DNA of 64,000 nt from Eledone cirrhosa. Taxonomy: Eukaryota. The notes beneath the pieces were generated by a model, which was not told the DNA's origin, did not search any database, and saw only the letters and a program-made list of their open reading frames with translations. Positions 41,000 to 55,259 of the stretch are shown in pieces; position 1 is the stretch's first letter, and every line of letters starts with the position of its first letter. The stretch spans positions 2,418,001 to 2,482,000 of the forward strand of contig OZ024757.1 of the NCBI GenBank assembly GCA_964016885.1, written 5' to 3'. The position numbers and the translations under genes were made by a program.

Positions 41000-41400
41000 G
41001 GTTAAGGCAGATATTGCTCAAGTTATGCTGGAAGCAGACAAAGGTGAGAAATCAACTGAAGAGGTACATTCTGCACCAAAATGACTTTTCTTCCTTTACA
41101 AACATCGAGTTTTCGTCTTTTGTAACTCCTGGTACAAAAACTTTCTCACAAGATTTTCTATCAGCACCAATTTCTCCAACAAAGACCCTTCAACATGGAA
41201 GGATGCTCCTGGTTACAAAAGTGGACTTGAAAAACTTGAGAAGACAGTTGTGAATAATGTTGTAGAAAGAGGTGTCAAACTCATTCAGGATTACAATAAC
41301 ATTCTCACAAAAGATGAAACTGAGAAACAATTTGTTTTACAGATCGTTACCGAAAACCGTAAAACCTACCCAACTGCCACTAAATCCTCTCTAATGTTCA
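41000..41400 (+). pseudogene. C-terminal remnant of a DNA transposase, probably hATm-like
   Basis: KDPSTWKD..Y..G...VVNNVVERGVKLIQDYNNILTKDETEKQFVLQIVTENRK; the family assignment is from recall. Confidence 0.6.
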
Positions 41401-43005
41401 ATATTCAATATTCAGTGTTCAGTGTTCACATTATGTTTTTGATTCTATAGAAATTATTGCTGTGAATAAGAATGTGTTTATCTTATAGAAGTTGTGAGCT
41501 TTATGAAGAAAACCTAATATTTCTTAAGTTTTTCATGTTATTTCAAGAATTTTTCAAATCAACAATTGGTAAATTTGATTCAGAACATTTTAAAACATTT
41601 GCTGGGGTTGCCTGGATGTGTCCACATAATGGTCGAGATAGGGAAGAGTATACGGCTTTTGAAGAGAATCGTTGCGTGTATTATGTTCCAAATTCAAGGA
41701 GTTTGTGGGTCGTCTAACAATTGTCCGATTGAGCTGAAACTTTGCATACTCCGTTTTTATATTGATTGGAAGATTAGGGGGGGGGTAGAGAGATAGAGGG
41801 AAAGGGAAAGAGAAAAGTAGAGCGAATGAGTGATAGGGAGGGAGGGAGAGGGAGATAGAGAGATGGAGGGAGAGAGGGAGAGAGAGGGAGAGAGGGGAGA
41901 GAGATAGGGAGGGAGATAGAGAGGGAGAGAGAGAGGGGGAGAGAGGGAGAGATGGAGGGAGAGAGAGGGAGAGAGGGAGGGAGAGAGAAGGAGGGAGAGA
42001 GAGGGAGGGAGAAGATATGTGGTCGATTTGGTGGCATTTAAGGAAGATTAAGTTGTTTGTTACAAATGGATATAACGATTATTGTGGGAGGAGGAGGAGA
42101 GTGGGGTAGGGGTAGGGGAGAGAGGAGGAGGGGAGAAGGGGAGAGGAGGGTTATGAGGAGGGCGAGAAGGGAATGGGGAAGATGGAGAGAGGGCTGGGAG
42201 GGGAGGATGGGAGAAGTAGGGTTATGAGGAGGCGAGGGGAAGGGGGGAGGGCGAGAGGGAGAGAGGTGGAGGCTGGGGAAAGGCTTTCTTACTTCCGTCA
42301 ACCTACTCCACAACACGCCACCTTCATCTTTCTCGCTCCACCTCCCCAGACTTCTCCACCCCCACCACACAGCCTCCACCACACCACCATCTTTTCAACC
42401 TGATCCACACAGCCACCTTCACAACACCCCGCCTCTTCTGCTCCAACCTGCTCCACCTAACCCCACAGCCACACCACCACCTCCACACAGCCTCTCCACC
42501 TCCTCACCACCACCTCTTCAACCTGCACCACCTAACCCCACATCTAGACAACCTCCACCACACAGCCACACCACCTCGTCAGCCAGATCCACAGAGCCAG
42601 CCCACAACTCCACAACACCTTTCCTCCACCTCTCCAGCTTGCTCCCACCCCCTCACCACCACCGCCGCCGTCTCCACATCACCCTCCACCATTTCATGTC
42701 CTGTTACATCAGTATCACATATTGCAAGTTATGCACATAATAAATGGCTGCTATACACATGAGCAGCTATTGTGAAGTCATGTGTCATGTCTGCTGTGTA
42801 AGTATGCTGCACCACCGCCTCCTCCACCACCACCACCACCACCTCCACTACCGCCTTCACCCCCTCCATCGCCTACTCCACCGCCTCCACCACCACCTTC
42901 CACTTCTAAGATGGCCGCCATATTGTTTCTGTCGTCTGTCTATCTTTCGTCAGCCCAATATGGCGGCTATATTTGGAGAAGCACTTTTGTTTTATCTCAC
43001 TAGAC

Positions 43006-45578
43006 CAGGGTTTCCCAAACCTTTTCAAACACGGAACCCTTTTTAGGGGAAACCCAAAGTCTAACACTGTTATATGGTAGTGGCATATATTTACCCCCCT
43101 TCTGTTATATAGTAGTAATATATATATATACCCCTCTACTGTTATATAGTAGTAATATATATATATACCTCTCTACTGTTATATGGTAGTAATATATATA
43201 TACTCTCTACTGGTATATAGTAGTAATATATATATATATACCTCTACTGTTATATAATAGTAATATATATACCTCTCTACTGTTATATAGTAGTAATATA
43301 TATATATACCTCTCTACTGTTATATAGTAGTAATATATATATATACCCCTCTACTGTTATATAGTAGTAATATATATATATACCCCTACTGTTATATGGT
43401 AGTAATATATATATACCTCTCTACTGTTATATAGTAGTAATATATATACCTCTCTACTGTTATATAGTAGTAATATATATATATACCTCTACTGTTATAT
43501 GGTAGTAATATATATATATACCTCTCTACTGTTATATGGTAGTAATATATATATACCTCTCTACTGTTATATGGTAGTAATATATATATACCTCTCTACT
43601 GTTATATAGTAGTAATATATATATATACCTCTACCGTTATATGGTAGTAATATATATATATACCTCTCTACTGTTATATAGTAGTAATATATATATATAC
43701 CTCTACCGTTATATGGTAGTAATATATATATATACCTCTCTACTGTTATATGGTAGTAATATATATATATACCTCTACTGTTATATGGTAGTAATATATA
43801 TATACCTCTCTACTGTTATATGGTAGTAATATATATATACCCCTCTACTGTTATATAGTAGTAATATATATATATACCTCTACTGTTATATGGTAGTAAT
43901 ATATATATACCTCTCTACTGTTATATGGTAGTAATATATATATACCTCTCTACTGTTATATGGTAGTAATATATATATATACCTCTCTACTGTTATATGG
44001 TAGTAATATATATATACCTCTCTACTGTTATATGGTAGTAATATATATATACCTCTCTACTGTTATATAGTAGTAATATATATACCTCTCTACTGTTATA
44101 TGGTAGTAATATATATATACCTCTCTACTGTTATATAGTAGTAATATATATATATACCTCTACCGTTATATGGTAGTAATATATATATATACCTCTCTAC
44201 TGTTATATAGTAGTAATATATATATATACCTCTACCGTTATATGGTAGTAATATATATATATACCTCTCTACTGTTATATGGTAGTAATATATATATATA
44301 CCTCTACTGTTATATGGTAGTAATATATATATACCTCTCTACTGTTATATGGTAGTAATATATATATACCCCTCTACTGTTATATAGTAGTAATATATAT
44401 ATATACCTCTACTGTTATATGGTAGTAATATATATATACCTCTCTACTGTTATATGGTAGTAATATATATATACCTCTCTACTGTTATATGGTAGTAATA
44501 TATATATATACCTCTCTACTGTTATATGGTAGTAATATATATATACCTCTCTACTGTTATATGGTAGTAATATATATATACCTCTCTACTGTTATATAGT
44601 AGTAATATATATACCTCTCTACTGTTATATGGTAGTAATATATATATACCTCTCTACTGTTATATAGTAGTAATATATATACCTCTCTACTGTTATATGG
44701 TAGTAATATATATATACCTCTCTAGTGTTATATAGTAGTAATATATATATACCTCTACTGTTATATAGTAGTAATATATATATACCTCTCTACTGTTATA
44801 TGGTAGTATTATATATATATATACCTCTCTACTGTTATATGGTAGTAATATATATATACCCCTCTACTGTTATATGGTAGTAATATATATATATATACCT
44901 CTCTACTGTTATATGGTAGTAATATATATATACCCCTCTACTGTTATATAGTAGTAATATATTTATATACCTCTACTGTTATATGGTAGTAATATATATA
45001 TACCTCTCTACTGTTATATAGTAGTAATATATATATACCTCTCTACTGTTATATGGTAGTAATATATACCTCTCTACTGTTATATAGTAGTAATATATAT
45101 ATATACCTCTCTACTGTTATATAGTAGTAATATATATAGATACCTCTCTACTGTTATATAGTAGTAATATATATATATACCTCTACTGTTATATGGTAGA
45201 AATATATATACCTCTCTACTGTTATATAGTAGTAATATATATATACCTCTCTACTGTTATATAGTAGTAATATATATATACCTCTCTACTGTTATATAGT
45301 AGTAATATATATATATACCCCTACTGTTATATGGTAGTAATATATATACCCCTACTGTTATATAGTAGTAATATATATATACCTCTCTACTGTTATATAG
45401 TAGTAATATATATATATACCTCTCTACTGTTATATGGTAGTAATATATATATATACCTCTCTAGTGTTATATGGTAGTAATATATATATATACCTCTACT
45501 GTTATATAGTAGTAATATATATACCCCCCTTCTGTTATATAGTAGTAATATATATACCTCTCTACTGTTATATGGTAG

Positions 45579-45616
<38 letters not shown>

Positions 45617-48428
45617 CTCTACTGTTATATAGTAGTAATATATATATATACCTCTCTACTGTTATATGGTAGTAATATATACCTCTCTACTGTTATATAG
45701 TAGTAATATATATATATACCTCTCTACTGTTATATGGTAGTAATATATATATACCTCTCTACTGTTATATGGTAGTAATATATATATACCTCTCTACTGT
45801 TATATAGTAGTAATATATATATACCTCTCTACTGTTATATGGTAGTATTATATATATATACCTCTCTACTGTTATATGGTAGTAATATATATATACCTCT
45901 CTACTGTTATATAGTAGTAATATATATATATACCTCTACCGTTATATAGTAGTAATATATATATACCTCTTTACTGTTATATAGTAGTAATATATATATA
46001 TACCTCTCTACTGTTATATGGTAGTAATATATATATATACCTCTCTACTGTTATATGGTAGTAATATATACCTCTCTACTGTTATATGGTAGTAATATAT
46101 ATATATACCTCTCTATTGTTATATGGTAGTAATATATATATACCTCTCTACTGTTATATAGTAGTAATATATATATACCTCTCTACTGTTATATAGTAGT
46201 AATATATATATACCTCTCTACTGTTATATGGTAGTAATATATATATACCTCTCTACTGTTATATAGTAGTAATATATATATACCTCTCTACTGTTATATG
46301 GTAGTAATATATATATATACCTCTCTACTGTTATATGGTAGTAATATATATATATACCTCTCTACTGTTATATGGTAGTAATATATATATACCTCTCTAC
46401 TGTTATATAGTAGTAATATATATATATACCTCTCTACTGTTATATGGTAGTAATATATATACCTCTCTACTGTTATATAGTAGTAATATATATATACCTC
46501 TCTACTGTTATATGGTAGTAATATATATATACCTCTCTACTGTTATATAGTAGTAATATATATATACCTCTCTACTGTTATATAGTAGTAATATATATAT
46601 ACCTCTCTACTGTTATATGGTAGAATTATATATATATACCTCTATTGTTATATAGTAGTAATATATATATATACCTCTCTACTGTTATATGGTAGTAATA
46701 TATATATATACCCCTACTGTTATATGGTAGTAATATATATATATACCTCTCTACTGTTATATAGTAGTAATATATATATATACCTCTCTACTGTTATATG
46801 GTAGTAATATATATATATACCCCTACTGTTATATGGTAGTAATATATATATATACCCCTACTGTTATATGGTAGTAATATATATATATACCTCTCTACTG
46901 TTATATAGTAGTAATATATATATATACCTCTCTACTGTTATATAGTAGTAATATATATATATACCTCTCTACTGTTATATGGTAGTAATATATACCTCTC
47001 TACTGTTATATAGTAGTAATATATATATATACCTCTCTACTGTTATATGGTAGTAATATATACCCCTACTGTTATATAGTAGTAATATATATATATACCT
47101 CTACTATTATATAGTAGTAATATATATATACCTCTCTACTGTTATATAGTAGTAATATATATATATACCCCTACTGTTATATAGTAGTAATATATATATA
47201 TACCCCTACTGTTATATAGTAGTAATATATATATATACATCTACTGTTATATGGTAGTAATATATATATATACCCCTACTGTTATATAGTAGTAATATAT
47301 ATATATACCTCTACTGTTATATGGTAGTAATATATATATATACCCCTACTGTTATATGGTAGTAATATATATATATACCTCTCTACTGTTATATGGTAGT
47401 AATATATATATATACCTCTACTGTTATATAGTAGTAATATATATATATACCTCTCTACTGTTATATAGTAGTAATATATATATATACCTCTCTACTGTTA
47501 TATAGTAGTAATATATATATATACCTCTCTACTGTTATATGGTAGTAATATATATATATACCTCTACTGTTATATGGTAGTAATATATATATACCTCTCT
47601 ACTGTTATATGGTAGTAATATATATATATACCTCTACTGTTATATAGTAGTAATATATATATATACCTCTCTACTGTTATATAGTAGTAATATATATATA
47701 CCTCTACTGTTATATGGTAGTAATATATATATATACCTCTACTGTTATATAGTAGTAATATATATATACCTCTCTACTGTTATATAGTAGTAATATATAT
47801 ATATACCCCTACTGTTATATAGTAGTAATATATATATATACCCCTACTGTTATATAGTAGTAATATATATATATACCCCTACTGTTATATAGTAGTAATA
47901 TATATATATACCCCTACTGTTATATAGTAGTAATATATATATATACCCCTACTGTTATATGGTAGTAATATATATATATACCTCTACTGTTATATAGTAG
48001 TAATATATATATATACCCCTACTGTTATATAGTAGTAATATATATATATACCTCTACTGTTATATAGTAGTAATATATATATATACCCCTACTGTTATAT
48101 AGTAGTAATATATATATATACCCCTACTGTTATATGGTAGTAATATATATATATACCCCTACTGTTATATAGTAGTAATATATATATATACCCCTACTGT
48201 TATATGGTAGTAATATATATATATACCTCTACTGTTATATAGTAGTAATATATATATATACCCCTACTGTTATATGGTAGTAATATATATATACCTCTCT
48301 ACTGTTATATGGTAGTAATATATATATATACCCCTACTGTTACTGTTATATGTAATATATATATACCCTCTACCTTTTTTCACGGAGCCCCAGACACTCC
48401 TTTGTGGAACCCTTTTTGGGAACCACTA
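43006..48428. mobile_element. hAT (Charlie-like) MITE inflated by a 5.3-kb internal satellite
   Basis: TIRs cagggtttcccaaac (43006) and ttttgggaaccacta (ends 48428); TSD cactagac/cactacac; subterminal cacggaaccc-like motifs at both ends. Confidence 0.75.
43066..48373. repeat. Satellite of about 29-35 bp (cctctctactgttatat(a/g)gtagtaa(ta)n) with a variable internal (TA)n
   Basis: Read directly; a 529-bp higher-order duplication gives identical ORFs at 43641 and 44170. Confidence 0.95.
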
Positions 48429-48829
48429 CACTACACTATTCCACCATGCTGGACTTTCGTCGGTTATAACGATGAGTGTTCCAGTTATTGAAACATACGA
48501 ACTGGCATCAAAACCTTTCTGGACTAGCCCTGTAGCGCGCCAACAGATGGCAGCACAGTGATAGCTGCAATGGTAATAAGTCATTGTAGCTGTGACATAG
48601 TTTTGTGTACTTCGTTAGTTGTTAAATTTCTGTTTTTGATCACATCCGGGTACAAGTCTGCGGTTACTTCATGGAGCAATGGGCCAATGGGAACATTTTA
48701 GGTTAAACTTGGAAAATCAACCACAAAGACATTGAACATAGAGGCGGGGAGTGGGGACCCCTATAGGAACACACACCTCTCGATCGTTTAAATTTACAGA
48801 AAAGAAATCTCTTCATACTGAAGGATGTT

Positions 48830-50547
48830 TTGATCTCTCATCTACTTTTGTGGAAAGTGTTGAAAGCTTAATCAAGTGTTCTCCAATTTCCAAATACACC
48901 ATTCCAATGAGGTTTGACTGGGTGACAGAGCAATCCTTGCCCCCCAGTGAAGGCCATCAACAATCTCTCTCAAAATTTATCCTTGGAGGGAGTCAAACCT
49001 ATAAATCTATGGACAAAGTTGTCAACGAGGATGACACGGTTCATTATCCTGTTGAATTTCTCAACAGTCTCGAACTGCCTAGTGTGTTGTCACACAACCT
49101 TGAATTGAAGAAGGTGACAGTCATCATGCTTTTCAGAAACCTGGATCAGCCAAGATTGTGCAATAGGACCTGTATAGTTGTGACTGAACTACAGCCTCAC
49201 ACCATCGAAGCCAATATCTTCACTGGATGTGGTAAGGGAGACATCGTATTTATACCAAGAATACAGCTAATACCAACAGATGTCCTAGTATACCACTAAT
49301 ACCAACAGATGTCCTAGAATACCGCTAATACCAACAGATGTCCTAGTATACCACTAATACCAACAGATGTCCTAGTATACCGCTAATACCAACATATGTC
49401 CTAAGATACCACTAATATCAACAGATGTCCTAGAATAACGCTAATACCAACAGATGTCCTATTATACCGATAATACCAACATATGACCTATAATACCGCT
49501 AATACCAACAGATGTCCTAGTATACAGCTAATACCAACAGATGTCCTAGAATACTGCTAATACCAACATATGTCCTAGAATACCGCTAATACCAACAGAT
49601 GTCCTAGTATACCGCTAATACCAACAGATGTCCTAGAATACCGCTAATACCAACAGATGTCCTAGAATACCGCTAATACCAACAGATGTCCTAGTATACC
49701 GCTAATACCAACAGATGTCCTAGAATACCGCTAATACCAACATATGTCCTAGAATACCGCTAATACCAACAGATGTCCTAGAATACCGATAATACCAACA
49801 GATGTCCTAGTATACCACTAATACCAACATATTCCTAGAATACCGCTAATACCAACAGATGTCCTAGAATACCGATAATACCAACAGATGTCCTAGAATA
49901 CCGATAATACCAACAGATGTCCTAGAATACCGATAATACCAACATATGTCCTAGAATACCGCTAATACCAACAGATGTCCTAGAATACCGATAATACCAA
50001 CAGATGTCCTAGTATACCACTAATACCAACATATTCCTAGAATACCGCTAATACCAACAGATGTCCTAGAATACCGATAATACCAACAGATGTCCTAGTA
50101 TACCACTAATACCAACATATTCCTAGAATACCGCTAATACCAACATATGTCCTAGAATACCGCTAATACCAACAGATGTCCTAGAATACCGATAATACCA
50201 ACAGATGTCCTAGTATACCACTAATACCAACATATTCCTAGAATACCGCTAATACCAACATATGTCATAGAATACCGATAATACCAACAGATGTCCTAGA
50301 ATACCGATAATACCAACAGATGTCCCCTTTCGTTTCAAACAATAGCAATTCCCAGTGAGAGTTACACAATGACCATCAACAAGTCCCACGGTGAAACCCT
50401 AGATGTGGTCCCCATCTAGTAGAGGGCTGCTTCTCACATGGGTAATTATATGTAGGTTATTTCAGACGAGGAACAACCAAACACAAACTCTTCATATATA
50501 CACCTAAGAAATAAGTCAAAAACATTGTATATACTGAAGTTCTGTAA
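48830..50547 (+). mobile_element. Second Helitron PIF1 helicase C-terminal remnant, split by a satellite
   Basis: YPVEFLNSL..HNLELK..IMLFRNLDQPRLCNRT..GCGKGDIVFIPRIQLIPTDV [array] PFRFKQ*QFPVR..TINKSHGETL..CFSHG*LYVG..NIVYTEVL*. Confidence 0.9.
49255..50325. repeat. 29-bp tandem array (gctaataccaacagatgtcctagaatacc), about 37 copies
   Basis: Unit read directly from the sequence. Confidence 0.95.
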
Positions 50548-50548
50548 A

Positions 50549-52902
50549 TGGTGGTGTAGTGGTAGTGGTGGTGGTGTGGTGGTGGTAGTGGTGGTGGTGG
50601 TGTGGTGGTGGTAGTGGTGGTGGTAGTTGTAGTGGTGGTGTGGTGGTAGTGGTGGTGTGGTGGTAGTGGTGGTGGTGTGGTGGTGGTAGTGGTGGTGGTA
50701 GAGGTGGTCGTGGTGGTGGTGGTTGTAGTGGTGGTAGTGGTGGTGTAGTGTTAGTGGTGGTGTGGTGGTGGTAGTGGTGGTGGTAGAGGTGGTCGTGGTA
50801 GTGGTGGTGGTGGTTGTATTGGTGGTGTGGTGGTGCTGAGGTTGTAATGGTGTGGTTGTAGTGGTGATGGTGTGGTGGTGTGGTTGTATTGTAGTGGCGG
50901 TGGTGTGGTGGTGGTAGTAGTGAGGTTGTAGTGGTGGTGATGTGGTGGTGGTAGTGTTGGTGGTAGAAGTAGTGGAGGTAGCGGCGGTGGTGGTTGTAGT
51001 GCTGGTGGTAGTGGTGAGGTTGTAACGGTGGGCTGGTTGTAGTGGTGGTGTGGTGGTGGTAGTGGTGAGGTTGTAGTGGTGGTGTGGTTGTAGTGGTGGT
51101 GGTGTGGTGGTGGTAGTGGTGGTGGTAATTGTAGTGTTGGTGGTGTGGTGGTGAGGTTGTAATGGTGTGGTTGTAGTGGTGATGGTGTGGTGGTGTGGTT
51201 GAAGTGGCCGTGATGTGGTCGTGGTAGTGGTGTGGTTGTAGTGGTGGTGGTGTGTTTATGGTAGTGGTGAGGTTGTAGTGGTGAGGTTGTAGTGGTGGTG
51301 GTGTGGTAGTGGAAGTGGTGAGGTTGTAGTGGTGGTGAGGTTGTAGTGGCGGTGTGGTTGTAGTGGTGGTGGTGTGTTGGTGGTAGTGGTGAGGTTGTAG
51401 TGTTGGTGGTAGGGATAGTGGTAGTCGTAGTGGTAGTCGTGGTGGTGGTGGTAGTGGTAGTGGTAGTGGTAGTGGTAGTGGTGCTGGTAGTGGTACTGGT
51501 GGTGGTAGTGGTGGTTGTAGTGGGGGTGGTGGTGGTATTGGTGGTGGTAGTAGTAGTGGTAGAGGTAGTCGTGATGGTGATGGTAGTGGTAGTGGTAGTG
51601 GTGGTGGTGGTAGTGGTAGTGGTAGTGATAACGGTGGTGGTGGTAGTGGTGTTGCTGGTAGTGGTAGTGGTGGTGGTAGTGGTGGTAGTATTGGTGGTGG
51701 TGGTAGTGGTAGTATTGGTGGTGGTAGTGGTAGTGGCAGTGGTGGTGGTAGTGGTGGCGGTAGTGGTGGTGGTAGTGGGGTTCTAGTAGTAGTGGTGGTG
51801 GTGTGGTTGTAGTGGCGGTGTGATTGTTGTGGTAGTGGGGCTGGTGGTAGTGGTATTTGTGGTAGTGGTGGTTTGGTTGTAGTGGTAGTGGTGGTGGTGG
51901 TAATGGTGGTGGTGATGGTGGTGGTTGTGGTGATGGTCTTGATGATGATGGTGGTGGTGATGGTGTTGGTGGTGATGGTGGTGGTGGTGGTGGTGGTGAT
52001 GATGATGGTGGTGGTGGTGGTGGGTGTGGTGATGGTGGTGGTGGTGATGGCAGTGGGGGTGGTGGTGGTGATGGTGGTGGTCGTGGTAGTGATGATGGTG
52101 ATGGTGGTGGTGGTGCTGGTGATGCTGGTGGTGTAGTGGTGGTGTTGTATGGTGTGGTGGTGGTGGTAGTGGTGATGGTGGTGATGGTGGTGGTGATGGT
52201 GGTGGTGGTGGTGGTGATGATGGTGATGGTGGTGGTGGTGGTGGTGTAGTGGTGGTGTGGCATGGTGTGGTGATGATGATGGTGGTGGTGGTGATGGTGG
52301 TGGTGATGGTGGCGATGGTGGTGATGGCGATGGTGGTGGTGGTGGTGGTGGTGGTGGTGGTGGAGATAATTATGATGATGGTGGTGGTGGTAGTGGTGGT
52401 GGTGATGGCAGTGGTGGTGGTGGTGGTAGTGATGGTGGTAATGATGGTGATGGTGGTGGTGATGGTGGTGGTGGTGGTGGTGGTGGTGATGGTGGTGGTG
52501 ATGGTGATGATGGTAGTGGTGGTGATGATGGTGGTGATGGTGGTGTTGGGGGTGATGTTGATAGTGCGATAGTGATGGTGATGTTGGTGGTGGTGGTGCT
52601 GGTGGTGGTGGTGATGGTGGTGGTGGTGGTGATGAAGGTGGTGATGGTGATGGTGATGATGGTGGTGATGGTGATGGTGATTGTGTTAATGATGATGATG
52701 GTGTTGGTGATGGTGGTGGTGGTGGTGGTGATGGTGGTGGTGATGGTGGTGGTGATTGTGTTAATGATGATGATGGTGTTGGTGGTAGTGGTGATGGTGA
52801 TGGTGGTGGTGATGGTGATGGTGGTGGTGGTGGTGATGGTGGTGTTGGTGGTGATGGTGATAGTCATGGTGATGGTGGTGGTGGTGCTGGTGCTGGTGGT
52901 GG

Positions 52903-52933
<31 letters not shown>

Positions 52934-53289
52934 GGTGATGAAGGTGGTGATGGTCGTGGTGATGGTGGTGGTGGTGATGGTGATGATGGTGGTGATGGTG
53001 GTGCTGCTGGTGGTTGTGATGGTGATGATGGTGGTTGTGATGATGGTGGTGATGGTGGTGGTGGTGGTGGTGTGGTGGTGTGGTGGTGTGGTGGTGGTGG
53101 TGTGGTGGTGGTGGTGTGGTGGTGGTGGTGGTGGTGCTGGTGGTGGTGGTGGTGCTGGTGGTGATGAAGGTGGTGATGGTCGTGGTGATGGTGGTGGTGG
53201 TGATGGTGATGATGGTGGTGATGGTGGTGGTGGTGGTGATGGTGGTGGTGCTGGTGGTGGTGATGGTGATGATGTTGGTGGTGGTGGTG

Positions 53290-53320
<31 letters not shown>

Positions 53321-53505
53321 GGTGGTGGTGGTGCTGGTGGTGGTGATGGTGGTGGTGGTGGTGATGGTGATGGTGGTGGTGATGGTGGTGGTTGTGGTGG
53401 TGGTGATGGTGTGGTGGTGTGGTGGTGTGGTGGTGGTGGTGTGGTGGTGGTGATGGTGATGGTGGTGGTGATGGTGGTGGTTGTGGTGGTGGTGGTGGTG
53501 ATGAT
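50549..53505. repeat. (GGT)n/(GTA)n/(GAT)n low-complexity tract
   Basis: Read directly; source of the poly-P/H/V/G ORFs. Confidence 0.9.
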
Positions 53506-54390
53506 GACGAATAGATGAAATATATAAATATTTTTCTGATGATAATCTCGATGATGTGATGATGGTGGTGGCGTTAGGAGTAGCTGTGGTTGTGGCGGGG
53601 TTGGTGGTGGTGATGGAATGTCTGAAGAAAGGATAACATATACAAATGTAAACATTTATGATTGTTAAATCTGATATAAATATCCAATATGGCGGCTATT
53701 GTTAGTATTGAACAACAGTCTGAACATATTGACAGAGATATGTTAACTGTGAGTGAAGAGTGGAAATAATAGAGGCGGGTGTTATGTATATTAGATACTG
53801 ACACTCCCCCATATGGGGGTGTATATATATGGGTGTGTATATATATGGGTGTGTATATATATATATGGGTGTGTATATATATGGGGGGTGTATATATATA
53901 CGGGGGGGGGGGGGGTACATTAATTTACTCACAGTGATGCGTATAGATATGTATTTAATGTACACTAACACACTGATTCTCATTGATATACATACATATA
54001 AACATATATACATATATATATATATACACGTATATACATATACATACACACATATGTACATATATATATACATACACATATATACATATATATATACATA
54101 CATTTACACATACATACACACATGTATACATACATATATACCTACCTATATATGTTTTTAATGGAGTATCAATGTAATTATACTTCTATCTATATATGTG
54201 AATATATGTACTTTTATGATGTAAGAAAATTATGCGTTTTGACTATATGTCAACATGCATTTATCTGAGTTTGATTACTTATATATAGACCCACTTGAAA
54301 ATATTTATTATTATATATTTTATGATGCATCATACGTTATATTATACTATATACAATGTAACATACTGTACTATATTATATTACTGGTAC

Positions 54391-54580
54391 TAAAATAAAG
54401 TACCAGTAATGCACTGGGTAATTTGCTGGCCTTGTGCCTAAAGTAGAAACAATTATATTACATTATATTATATTATAATAGGGCGGTGGATTGGCAGTAT
54501 CGGTAGAGGGTCGGATGCCATGCTTTGACACATAGAATTACGTCCCTTGCCATTCTGAGTTCAAACCCCGCCGAGGTTGA
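54391..54580 (+). mobile_element. Two SINE fragments: a tail (54391-54452) followed by a head (54481-54580)
   Basis: Both match parts of the 37824 SINE. Confidence 0.75.
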
Positions 54581-54610
54581 TTTTGAATAAAATTGTCATT
54601 GCTTTTGACG

Positions 54611-54702
54611 ACGGCTGATGATATACATGTAGGTAAATATATTCCTTATTTGATATTTTGTAACTAATCCTACATAGATCGATAACGAAATATGCGTACG
54701 AT
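54611..54702 (+). ncRNA. Possible degenerate hammerhead with a long stem II
   Basis: CTGATGA at 54615-54621, helix atgtagg/cctacat, GAAA at 54687-54690, then tatgcG-UA; stem I is not convincing. Confidence 0.3.
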
Positions 54703-55259
54703 GTATTATTATCACCTAGAAACGATCGTAAAGCAGTGATATTTCTAATGACTTGAATTTTTATTTCATTGTTTTAACTTATATACATATATACCTATAT
54801 ATATATACATATATATATACATACATACATATTTATATTTATATATAAAAATCTGAAAGATGAATAAGCGAGGTGGTGGTGGTGGTGTGTGTGTGTATGT
54901 GGAGGGGGGGGGGGATTAGCATTATTGGAGACCCGAGAGTAAAACCCAGAAAATAATAACAAGGCAGAAAGAAAAGAAACCTGATATTAATACATTGCTC
55001 CAATGTTGATCTTGTGGCCAGGTTTTATAAGGAATATCACCAGAACCAGCGTCTGGGTATATAGACATTTACAATGTGGTCCCTTTCTCACAACTACAGG
55101 CCTCATTCTGCTACAAGGTGGCACCTTTCTCACAACTGTGCACCCCATTCTGCTACAAATATCCGCACCATTCGGCAAAAAGACCCACCTTACAATTTCA
55201 TAATTTTTGACCAAAAAATAACTAGGCCAGCATTTCCTACTCTCCAGCATGGGTTAATC

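Noticed and set aside
48538-48556. CTCF-like motif ccaacagatggcagc
   Set aside because: A single imperfect match in probable transposon debris.
33955-53655. Extensin-, His-rich- or Gly-rich-like proteins (33955-35646, 42782-43003, 51256-53655)
   Set aside because: These are simple-repeat translations open in several frames and on both strands.
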